A stretch of DNA of 64,000 nucleotides from an uncultured cyanobacterium. GTDB lineage: Bacteria; Cyanobacteriota; Cyanobacteriia; Cyanobacteriales; CAWCAG01. Below the pieces are notes generated by a model. That model made no database searches. It saw nothing but the letters and a program-made list of their open reading frames with translations, and had not been told where the DNA came from. The first letter of the stretch is position 1, and each line of letters opens with the position of its first letter. The translations under genes and the position numbers were made by a program. The stretch is taken from contig CAWCAG010000005.1 of assembly GCA_963793425.1 (NCBI GenBank), positions 1,056,001-1,120,000 on the forward strand, written 5' to 3'. This document shows, in pieces, positions 40,413 to 48,382 of the stretch.

Positions 40413-43031
40413 TTAGCTGGGTAGGAAAACACTGAAAGTAGTTTCTCCTGGCTGACTGTTGACTTCGATGCGCCCTTGATGCTTGTCTATAATTTTACGT
40501 ACAATATCTAATCCTAAACCACTTCCTTCCCCAATGGGTTTAGTCGTGAAAAATGGTTCAAAAATTCGCTGTTGTATTTCTGGGGAAATCCCACTACCAG
40601 AATCACTCACTTTGACAACAAGCTCCCCTGCTTGTTCAACCACCCCAATTGTTAACTTTCCCTGACCTTCCATCGCTTGGATCGCATTGTGAATTAAATT
40701 AGTCCACACTTGCACCAACTCATCAGGATAGCACCAGATTAATGGTAGAGATTGAGCATCGTATTCTTGAATAACTTCAACACCTCTTTTAAGTTGGTTG
40801 TAGTACAATTCTAAAACCATCTCAATGTTATCAGTAATCTTGATTTGCTTTTTCTGGCCGCTTTGATCGTAACGGGCATAACTTTTGAGGGCAAAAACTA
40901 TCTTAGAAGCCCTTTCTACTGCGGTAATAATGTTGCGGGAGTTACTCTTTAAACGAACTAAATTATAGGCAAGATCGAGAGTCCAATCCGCCTCAGATTC
41001 TTGTAACAAAGGTAAAAAGCGGTCAATATCTTCCCCAACTCCCATATCTATCAAGGTATCGGCCATACGTCTAGGTTCGTTGATCTCCGTTGCTTGGAGT
41101 TGTGTGGTTAAGGTTCGCTTTAACTGACGTTTTTCTTTGGAACTCATTTGTAGATGGCTGTGCCAAGCATGATCAACTAAGGCAAAGAAGTTAGTTTGCT
41201 GTTGGCTAGAGAGCTTCTCATTGAGTTGAGGTATTTTTTCCAAAGCGGCTTCTAGGGCATTGGCCGTATTGCTAGAAGAAGCTCTAATTGCCCCTAACGG
41301 AGTGTTAATCTCATGGGCCACTCCTGCAATCAATTGTCCTAAAGCAGCCATCTTCTCCGACTGTACAAGTTCATCTTGAGTCGTTTTAAGCTGTTGCAAG
41401 GTAAAGGTTAGTTCCTCATTTTTATGTTGCAGTGCTTCTTCTGCTAGCTTGCGGTAATGAGATTCTACGGCTAAAGCAGCCATATAAGCTAAGTAACTAA
41501 CAAAGTTCTGTTCCCCAATTGTCCAATTCCTTCCTTCTGCCCCGGTATGTTCTAAGCAGACAACCCCTATTTTTTCACCTTTCAGGAAAATAGCGACATC
41601 AAGCATAGAGACAATATTTAGGGGTTTAAAGTAAAAATCATGAAAATCTGTTAATCGAAAGTCTTGATAAACGTCATCAGCAGCAATCACCCTTGCTCGT
41701 TCCAAAGCTTGAAAATAATTTGGGCAATCAGCTAAGGTAATTTTTTGACCTTCACTGTGATGATGGAGGGATTTTTCGTAGAGATCAACACAATCAATAG
41801 CTGATTGATCATCATTAAAAAACCAAACACTAGTCCTTTCCACATCAAGAACACGACTAGCTAATTGAGTAATTTGGGCGATCGCAGCATTAATCTCTCC
41901 TGTATATAAATTCTCGCTGGTAGCTAATTCCACCAATCCTGCTTGCTGTCTCCGCAAGCGGCTTTCTACTTCTTTTAAAGCAGATTCAGCCGCAATTCTT
42001 TCTTCTATTTCCGTTTCCAGGGTATGATTCGCCTTAACTAAATCCGCAGTACGCTCTTGCACCCTTATGTCCAACTCATCATAAGCTTGACGTAAAGCCA
42101 ATTCAGCAGCTTGGCGTTGCAATTCTGCTGCTGCCCTAGCTGCGAAGATCAACATAATTGCTTCGGCAGTTTCGGGATCTGCCAAGGGAGCATTGTTATT
42201 AATACACAAAGTACCAATAATCTCTTGATTACCATCCAACAAAGGTACTCCCAAATAACTTTGGGCCCCCATCGCTTTTAACCCTGTCGCTTCGGGAAAA
42301 AGTTTTTGTACACCTTGAGGATAGTAACAAGGTTTACCTGAGCGAAAAATTGGTTCGCAGGGAGTACCAGCAAGGCCATATTCAAAATTTTCTCCCATTT
42401 CCTTTTCTGCCCAAAAAGCCAGACTTGCTAACTTTTCTGCTTTTGTGTCAACCACTTGGGCAACAAAAGCATAACGAATATCCAAGGCTTTAGCCAAATT
42501 TTCTACTAACGCCAAAAAGAATTCTTCTCCTGTGGCCGAAGCAGTCCCTTCCACAACGTTTTTCAAAATCTGTTCAGCTTTCTGTTGTTCTTTTCTGGCT
42601 GCCTCGCCAATCTCAATCTGCTTTGCTAATTCTCGATTAATCTCTTCTAATTCTTGAGGAGTTTTTAAAGACAGAAATTGAGGCAACAAAGTTGTCATCC
42701 TAAAAGCGGTATAACAAGAAACTAACGCAGTCATTCCTTGTTCTATACCTGATAACCAATAAGCCGGATGCCAAAGAGTCCAAACCTCCAACAAATGCCC
42801 AATGCCACAGAGAATAATAAAAGCGCCAAACAAGTAAAAGATCCTCATAAAAGGAACATCTTGCCGTTTGGAAACAAAATAAATTAGCAATATGGGAATA
42901 GAGAAGTAGGCATAGGCGATAAGTAAATCGCTAACAAGGTGGAGCAAAACCAAAGGAGGCTGCCACAAATAGCAGTTGCCATGGGGCATATACTGACTAG
43001 GGGAGAAAATTTCTTTAAGATAGTCCCACAC
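40413..43031 (-). CDS. Sensor histidine kinase with ETR1-like ethylene-binding TM domain and two GAF domains
   Basis: SDLLIAYAYFSIP and FIILCGIGH helices; two GAF domains; AHEINTP; HATPase. Confidence 0.88.
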   Translation of the reverse strand: MWDYLKEIFSPSQYMPHGNCYLWQPPLVLLHLVSDLLIAYAYFSIPILLIYFVSKRQDVPFMRIFYLFGAFIILCGIGHLLEVWTLWHPAYWLSGIEQGMTALVSCYTAFRMTTLLPQFLSLKTPQELEEINRELAKQIEIGEAARKEQQKAEQILKNVVEGTASATGEEFFLALVENLAKALDIRYAFVAQVVDTKAEKLASLAFWAEKEMGENFEYGLAGTPCEPIFRSGKPCYYPQGVQKLFPEATGLKAMGAQSYLGVPLLDGNQEIIGTLCINNNAPLADPETAEAIMLIFAARAAAELQRQAAELALRQAYDELDIRVQERTADLVKANHTLETEIEERIAAESALKEVESRLRRQQAGLVELATSENLYTGEINAAIAQITQLASRVLDVERTSVWFFNDDQSAIDCVDLYEKSLHHHSEGQKITLADCPNYFQALERARVIAADDVYQDFRLTDFHDFYFKPLNIVSMLDVAIFLKGEKIGVVCLEHTGAEGRNWTIGEQNFVSYLAYMAALAVESHYRKLAEEALQHKNEELTFTLQQLKTTQDELVQSEKMAALGQLIAGVAHEINTPLGAIRASSSNTANALEAALEKIPQLNEKLSSQQQTNFFALVDHAWHSHLQMSSKEKRQLKRTLTTQLQATEINEPRRMADTLIDMGVGEDIDRFLPLLQESEADWTLDLAYNLVRLKSNSRNIITAVERASKIVFALKSYARYDQSGQKKQIKITDNIEMVLELYYNQLKRGVEVIQEYDAQSLPLIWCYPDELVQVWTNLIHNAIQAMEGQGKLTIGVVEQAGELVVKVSDSGSGISPEIQQRIFEPFFTTKPIGEGSGLGLDIVRKIIDKHQGRIEVNSQPGETTFSVFLPS

Positions 43032-43346
43032 GATATTTTTCTATTAAGGAGTAATATTTTTCGAGCTTACGGAGTAGAAACAATCAGCCCTATTTTATTG
43101 AATAGTCTGATTTTAAGAGCTATTTAATGAAGAACGAGTATAGATAGTAACTATTTTTTATTATAGAAGAATCTGTATTTAATAATTTATATTCTGCAAA
43201 AAAGTATTGTGATAGTTGCATCTGCGATCGCCATCAAACCAACTATCCCTTTAAGCCATTTACCTTAAGCAATTTGGCGCTTGTTAACTATTCAATTGTC
43301 CCTTAAATTTATAGTTATAGAAGTCTAGCATTTTGGTACAAACCCA

Positions 43347-43715
43347 ATGGAAACAAAGTTTTATCAAGCTCTGGCATTACTCAATGCCGGACAAACCCAA
43401 CAACAAGTTGCTGTAGAACTTAATATTGGTGTTTCTACCCTCCAACAATGGTTCCAAGATGAGGCTTTTCAACAAGAACAGATAAAGCAACAAAAGTGTC
43501 TTATTTTAGCTTCCATTGATGACTTAGTTACAAAAATGCCCGATTTGACTAGTGAACTTGTCAATATTATTTTGGGTCAAGGTTATTCGATACGGGAAAA
43601 AATAGCTGCCTACAATGCTATTCTAAATGGAGATTTTAATTTACCTCAAATTGAACTTGACTACCTTTTAGTTGAACTTAAAGCTCAAATTCAAGAACAA
43701 GCTGTGTTTAATTGA
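43347..43715 (+). CDS. Helix-turn-helix protein
   Basis: GQTQQQVAVELNIGVSTLQQW HTH pattern. Confidence 0.7.
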   Translation: METKFYQALALLNAGQTQQQVAVELNIGVSTLQQWFQDEAFQQEQIKQQKCLILASIDDLVTKMPDLTSELVNIILGQGYSIREKIAAYNAILNGDFNLPQIELDYLLVELKAQIQEQAVFN

Positions 43716-43802
43716 TATAGAGCGGTTTAGTTAATTGCTAATTGCTAGTGGCTAATGGCTAATCGTGCAAGAGAAGAGGGGGTAGGCAACAGTAGATTCT
43801 TG

Positions 43803-43871
43803 ACTTATTACTTATTACTTATTACTTATTACTTATTACTTATTACTTATTACTTATTACTTATTACTTAT
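43803..43871. repeat. Heptamer tandem repeat (ACTTATT), about 10 copies
   Basis: Direct inspection; perfect units, no spacers. Confidence 0.95.
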
Positions 43872-43918
43872 GAATGGTTGACTACATAGTTGCTCATCCC
43901 AATTAAAGAAGAATGATA

Positions 43919-44614
43919 TCAGACAAGTCCTTCAGCCCGTCGTCGATCTAAAGAAGCTTTAAGGATACGCACATAATCAAGCCTTGCTTCGTCTTTTTGC
44001 TTAATACCTTTATTAGCTGAATGCAAGCGTCGTTTTGCCACTAATTTTGGTAAGGTTAGAGTTTTTAAACCTGACTCTACTGCCCGAACATACCAAGCAG
44101 CAAATTCTCCAGATTTCCATTTAGACTCAAACTCACCGATTTGGAAAAAAGAATCTTTTTTAACTAGCATTGCCGAAGGAATATATCCCGGCATCAATTC
44201 AGAATTACAGTAAATTTTTGCTTTTAATTCTTCTGCCAAATCTGGACTGTGAAACTGTTGCACTTGTCCAAAAACTAAATGAAGTTCAGGATCATTTTTA
44301 AATGCTTCTAGTTGAACTTCTAATTTATCTTCAACCCAAAGATCGTCGGCATCCAGAAAAGCCAAAAAGCTACCTTGGGCTAATTCTATACCATGATTAC
44401 GAGCAGTAGCGCTACCGCCATTATTTTGATAGCAGTATGTTACTTTTGAACCAAAGCTTTTAGCTACTTCTGCTGTTTTATCCGTTGAACCATCATCAAT
44501 AATAATAATTTCAAAAGATGTATAGTTCTGACTTAGTATGCTTTCAACGGCTTCTGCTAAATAGAGATCACTGTTATAGGCAGGAATAATAACACTTACT
44601 AAAGGATTATTCAT
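43919..44614 (-). CDS. Glycosyltransferase family 2
   Basis: VSVIIPAYN, DDGSTD, ARN.G and FLDADD. Confidence 0.93.
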   Translation of the reverse strand: MNNPLVSVIIPAYNSDLYLAEAVESILSQNYTSFEIIIIDDGSTDKTAEVAKSFGSKVTYCYQNNGGSATARNHGIELAQGSFLAFLDADDLWVEDKLEVQLEAFKNDPELHLVFGQVQQFHSPDLAEELKAKIYCNSELMPGYIPSAMLVKKDSFFQIGEFESKWKSGEFAAWYVRAVESGLKTLTLPKLVAKRRLHSANKGIKQKDEARLDYVRILKASLDRRRAEGLV

Positions 44615-44632
44615 TAAAAATACTATTTTCAG

Positions 44633-45385
44633 TTAAAGATTTGATTGAGATTGATATATTTTAAATAATTCTGACAACTGAGGTGCTGTGGTGTTACCAT
44701 TCTTGCGCCTTGGGTCTAAAGATTTCTTCAAAACTTTAATAAAATCAAGGGTGTGTATATTTCTTCCATTGGTCATATTACTGTTATGTTTGCGATAGAG
44801 TAACATCACCTCTTCTAAAACAATCATTGAGACTTTATCTTCCCAGGCTCGCATAAACCAATCAACATCTTCACTATAACGAAGAGATTCATCAAATAGA
44901 CCGATTCTCTCAAATACTGATTTTCTAAAAATAGCACCACCTAAATTAAAAGAAACACCAATATCATATAAAGTTCGATAAATACTAGATTGTTGGCTTT
45001 CAGCATCTATTTGTAGATGTTGAATTTTCCCTTGAACAATTTCTACATGAGAATTTTTAGCCAAACATTCTAATTGACTTTTAAGCTTATTCTCTGGCCA
45101 TAAATCATCAACATCCAGAAAAGTAATTACATTCCCTTGAGCAATTTCTATACCTCGATTACGGGCTGCTGAAGGGCCGCTATTAGCTTGATAAATGTAG
45201 TGAACAACTTCTTGATACTGAGCGGCAATTTTAGCAGTTTGATCCGTTGAGCCATCATCAACAATAATAATTTCTAAAGGTTGATGTCCTTGTTGTTGAA
45301 TATTGGCAATAGCTTCTGCTAAAAATGCTTCCCCGTTGTAAACAGGGATAATTACGCTGACAAAAAACTTATTTAGTTGGCTCAT
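44633..45385 (-). CDS. Glycosyltransferase family 2
   Basis: VSVIIPVYN, DDGSTD, FLDVDD and ED. Confidence 0.93.
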   Translation of the reverse strand: MSQLNKFFVSVIIPVYNGEAFLAEAIANIQQQGHQPLEIIIVDDGSTDQTAKIAAQYQEVVHYIYQANSGPSAARNRGIEIAQGNVITFLDVDDLWPENKLKSQLECLAKNSHVEIVQGKIQHLQIDAESQQSSIYRTLYDIGVSFNLGGAIFRKSVFERIGLFDESLRYSEDVDWFMRAWEDKVSMIVLEEVMLLYRKHNSNMTNGRNIHTLDFIKVLKKSLDPRRKNGNTTAPQLSELFKIYQSQSNL

Positions 45386-45390
45386 TAATT

Positions 45391-46485
45391 TTACTGGCTA
45401 AGAAAATCGAAAATAACTTCAGGTATTTGTTTAATCTCAGTTCCTAAATTAAGATAATAACAAGGAACTTTTTGGGCAGATTCGGTCATGATTTGACAAG
45501 CTTCTTTCCCTGCATTGGGTAGTTGTTTGATAGTACTAGGAACTAAGGCTGATAACCCTGCTACGGAGGAAGTTTTACTTAAACTTGTCTCAACTTTCCC
45601 GGTAACACGAGGAACGAAAATTGCTTTTAAAGGGAAGCCGGAGATAATTTTTTCTGGAAAGTGTTGGTGTAAAAAATAAAGCGCCTTTTCACTATCTAAG
45701 CGATCGCGGTTACTGATGATGGATTTGAGGAAGGGCAACCTGTCAATATCATCGGGCCTTTTCTTGCCAGTGTTATAGATGCTATGAACTTGTGGTGTCG
45801 GTTGGGAGGCAAGCAAAACATAATCATCACTGGCATAAAATAAATCTGAGTTTAAGCAACATAAAGCCGTTGTCGATTTTCCCGAACCACCTTTACCAGC
45901 TAACAAAACTCCACCAGAAGGCAAACCTACAGCCCCAGCATGAACCATTTGTACACCGCGTTTACCTAACCATATATGCAGAATTGTTCGCAAGGGAGAG
46001 CCACTTTCCCAATAAGGGAGCAACTTTGCATCGTTCACCCAATATAAACCCAAGTTGCGTAGGCGAAGCCCACCGTAGGTATCGCTATCCAACATACTTA
46101 AGGTGTTAGCACCCCACTGGAAGGTTGTATGGATGCGTTCATTATTAAATCCTAAAATCTCCCCCCGTTGCTGTAATTGTGCGCCTTGCCAAGGTGGAGG
46201 AGGCATTTTAGTCTTAGTAGAAGCACTATCCCATAAACAGATGGTGAGGTTTGGCTTTGGGGTTGATTGAGTAGCTAGATGGGCAAAAGCAGGAGTCAGA
46301 TACCCAACTAAGGCTTCTCCTGCAAAACACAGTTTGATAGTAAAGTCACCTAAGTTATAAAATCTTTCTATCAGACTGCCCGTAGCAGTTTCTGCTTGTT
46401 GATAAGCAGCATAAACTTCATTGAAAAATTCTAAGGGATTGGCTTTAGCAATTAATTCAGAAGCAGGGACTTGCTCAATATTCAC
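45391..46485 (-). CDS. HPr-kinase-like serine kinase (RiPP/lasso-associated type)
   Basis: VHAGAV, P-loop GKGGSGKST and SDD; GTG at 46485 is the likely start. Confidence 0.8.
   Translation of the reverse strand: MNIEQVPASELIAKANPLEFFNEVYAAYQQAETATGSLIERFYNLGDFTIKLCFAGEALVGYLTPAFAHLATQSTPKPNLTICLWDSASTKTKMPPPPWQGAQLQQRGEILGFNNERIHTTFQWGANTLSMLDSDTYGGLRLRNLGLYWVNDAKLLPYWESGSPLRTILHIWLGKRGVQMVHAGAVGLPSGGVLLAGKGGSGKSTTALCCLNSDLFYASDDYVLLASQPTPQVHSIYNTGKKRPDDIDRLPFLKSIISNRDRLDSEKALYFLHQHFPEKIISGFPLKAIFVPRVTGKVETSLSKTSSVAGLSALVPSTIKQLPNAGKEACQIMTESAQKVPCYYLNLGTEIKQIPEVIFDFLSQ
46060..46080. mobile_element. 21-nt SDR5-like element inserted in a HIP1 site inside the kinase gene
   Basis: GCG|TAGGCGAAGCCCACCGTAGGT|ATCGC; removing the insert restores GCGATCGC and keeps the frame. 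Confidence 0.85.
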
Positions 46486-46518
46486 GCTAGTAGTTATTTT
46501 AAAGGTAGCAAAATCAAG

Positions 46519-46570
46519 TTTGTCGGTTGAATCAAATGGGCAAAGTGACTCCACTTCCCAACCGAACAAA
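46519..46570 (-). terminator. Intergenic stem-loop 3' of the PqqD/RRE gene
   Basis: Minus strand TTTGTTCGGTTG...CAACCGACAAA with an inner AAGTG/CACTT stem. Confidence 0.6.
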
Positions 46571-46585
46571 AGTTAGTCAAGAAGC

Positions 46586-47032
46586 TCAAACTTTCTCCTC
46601 TAGTTTGGCATTAGGCCAACCCATTTCGTCAACCTCGTGAATAGGATCTAAACCTAACAATTCTTCCATGTCAGTGTACTTGCCTAACTTGGGTTCTTCA
46701 AAAGGAAGTTTTTCTCCTGGAGTTTCTTCATTTTGATTAATACTGCTAGCTTCACTATTGGTATTAGGAACAATAATTCCTTCTTGCTGTAACTGTTGGA
46801 GTAAAGTGTTGACAGAATTGGCAATAGTTTCGGAATTAGCCTCATAGCGCTGGCTAAGATTACTAATCAATTCACTTTGGGACATACCTTGTTCAATGCC
46901 TGCCCAAACATCAGCACCCGCATTCACCAAACTGTAGTAATCTCCCTTTTGAAGGTTGACAATTACTACTTCACCATCAATAGTTTCTTGGACTACACCA
47001 GGAGTATTCAGTCTAAAACGCACTGCTGTCAT
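46586..47032 (-). CDS. PqqD-family RiPP recognition element with a C-terminal leader/core-like extension
   Basis: ETIDGEVVIVNL..GDYYSL..AGADVW..LQQEGII (RRE), a linker, then FEEPKLGKYTDMEELLGLDPIHEVDEMGWP; TAAGGAG RBS. Confidence 0.88.
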   Translation of the reverse strand: MTAVRFRLNTPGVVQETIDGEVVIVNLQKGDYYSLVNAGADVWAGIEQGMSQSELISNLSQRYEANSETIANSVNTLLQQLQQEGIIVPNTNSEASSINQNEETPGEKLPFEEPKLGKYTDMEELLGLDPIHEVDEMGWPNAKLEEKV

Positions 47033-47251
47033 GGATTAGCTCCTTATAAGTTAATTTTAGTTTAAGGTTTAATTAATTCTTGCCTAAAACCACTGGAGTC
47101 CAGAATAGTCTACCTTAAGAGAGAAGACAAGAGACATAAGTTTAATTAGCAAACTTTTAATCAACTCTTCACAAAAACTTTATTTCTGCCTTAACAAAAA
47201 AATTACTTGTATTCTTTCCCTAACAATAGGGTTCCCTTCTATTACTCCAAT

Positions 47252-48361
47252 CTAGGAGATGATTTTTTTCGCTCCCCGAACCACAGTATGATAGGGAAGT
47301 TGCCATAAGCTATTTAAGCCCCAAACTCTTTGTAAATATTTAGGGAAACCGAGAATACCTGATTCAGATTGATTACGTTTAGCTAACCTTAAATATTGTA
47401 AATATCTCTTGGTTAAGCTTCCTATAAGCGGAAGAGGGTTGCTATTGACGAGACGATACTCTGTGCTATCAAACCAAGAGACGGGAAGAGATTGTATTTC
47501 TTTTAGCTGTGTGGGAGGTATTGTCTTAGGAAAGACCGTTTCTATGAAAGTTAGCAGATTTTTTAAAGGGATAGTCAATTTATATTTTTGTGCATCTTCT
47601 AATAATAGATTCCAGTTAATCGCTTCTCGATGTTGCTCAATAATCAACTTACCATCAGCTAACCAACAAGGTTGCAAATTCGGGTAGGCTAAGGCAATTT
47701 GTTGACAAATATACAGTAGTTGCTGGGTAGGAGTTAAAATCCGAGTTGATAAGTCATTAATATTTATAGTGACTGTTGGTAGTGAAGGATTCTCTACCAA
47801 GGAATTACTCCAAATTTGCCAGTTGAGATGCAGTAATTGTCCTTCCTGATTCCACAAACCAATTTTAGGATACAAAGCAATAAATTCTTTTGTTAAATCG
47901 GCTTTTGCTTGCCAACCTAACTTTTTTAGTACATCTATAGCAGCAAAAGCATTTTGAGGGGCAACAAAAATATCAAGATGATTAATGGGACGCAAACCAA
48001 TATTTTGATAATAATTAACTAAAGCTCCATCTTTTAATAAAACAGTTTCGAGATTAACAGCAGCAGCAAGGCTATTTAAGATAGTAGTAATTTCTTTAAT
48101 AAAAATTTGGTTATTATACCAGTTGCGGCGATAAACACCTTTAAGTCTAACCATCTCAGCATCTTCTACTTGATAGCGAGATAAGTTGTTATAGAGCAAT
48201 GGTAATAAATGATATGATTCTGAATTAAGGTCTTCGATATCAACCTTTCCTCTCCAAGTTTGCCAAGCATTAAGAGCTATTTTTCTCTCTTCAAGGGATG
48301 ATTGCAAAAGCAATTGTTGCTCTTTAGTCGGTAGGTTATCCTGGGGATAATCTGCACTCAT
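47252..48361 (-). CDS. Nucleotidyltransferase family protein (NTP_transf_5-like) with degenerate motifs
   Basis: LLKDGAL..YQNIGLRPINHLDIFV and LHLNW; similar layout to 48383..49618. Confidence 0.75.
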   Translation of the reverse strand: MSADYPQDNLPTKEQQLLLQSSLEERKIALNAWQTWRGKVDIEDLNSESYHLLPLLYNNLSRYQVEDAEMVRLKGVYRRNWYNNQIFIKEITTILNSLAAAVNLETVLLKDGALVNYYQNIGLRPINHLDIFVAPQNAFAAIDVLKKLGWQAKADLTKEFIALYPKIGLWNQEGQLLHLNWQIWSNSLVENPSLPTVTININDLSTRILTPTQQLLYICQQIALAYPNLQPCWLADGKLIIEQHREAINWNLLLEDAQKYKLTIPLKNLLTFIETVFPKTIPPTQLKEIQSLPVSWFDSTEYRLVNSNPLPLIGSLTKRYLQYLRLAKRNQSESGILGFPKYLQRVWGLNSLWQLPYHTVVRGAKKIIS

Positions 48362-48382
48362 GTTAAGACCTCACAAATATCT

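Noticed and set aside
43347..43715. HTH gene as a prophage terminase small subunit
   Set aside because: No phage genes nearby; kept only as a generic HTH protein.
43803..43871. Possible CRISPR array
   Set aside because: Contiguous 7-bp units with no spacers and no cas genes; an ordinary cyanobacterial heptamer repeat.
47087..47140. 17-codon minus-strand ORF upstream of the RRE gene as a separate precursor
   Set aside because: Very short (MSLVFSLKVDYSGLQWF), with no clear RBS and no leader motif.
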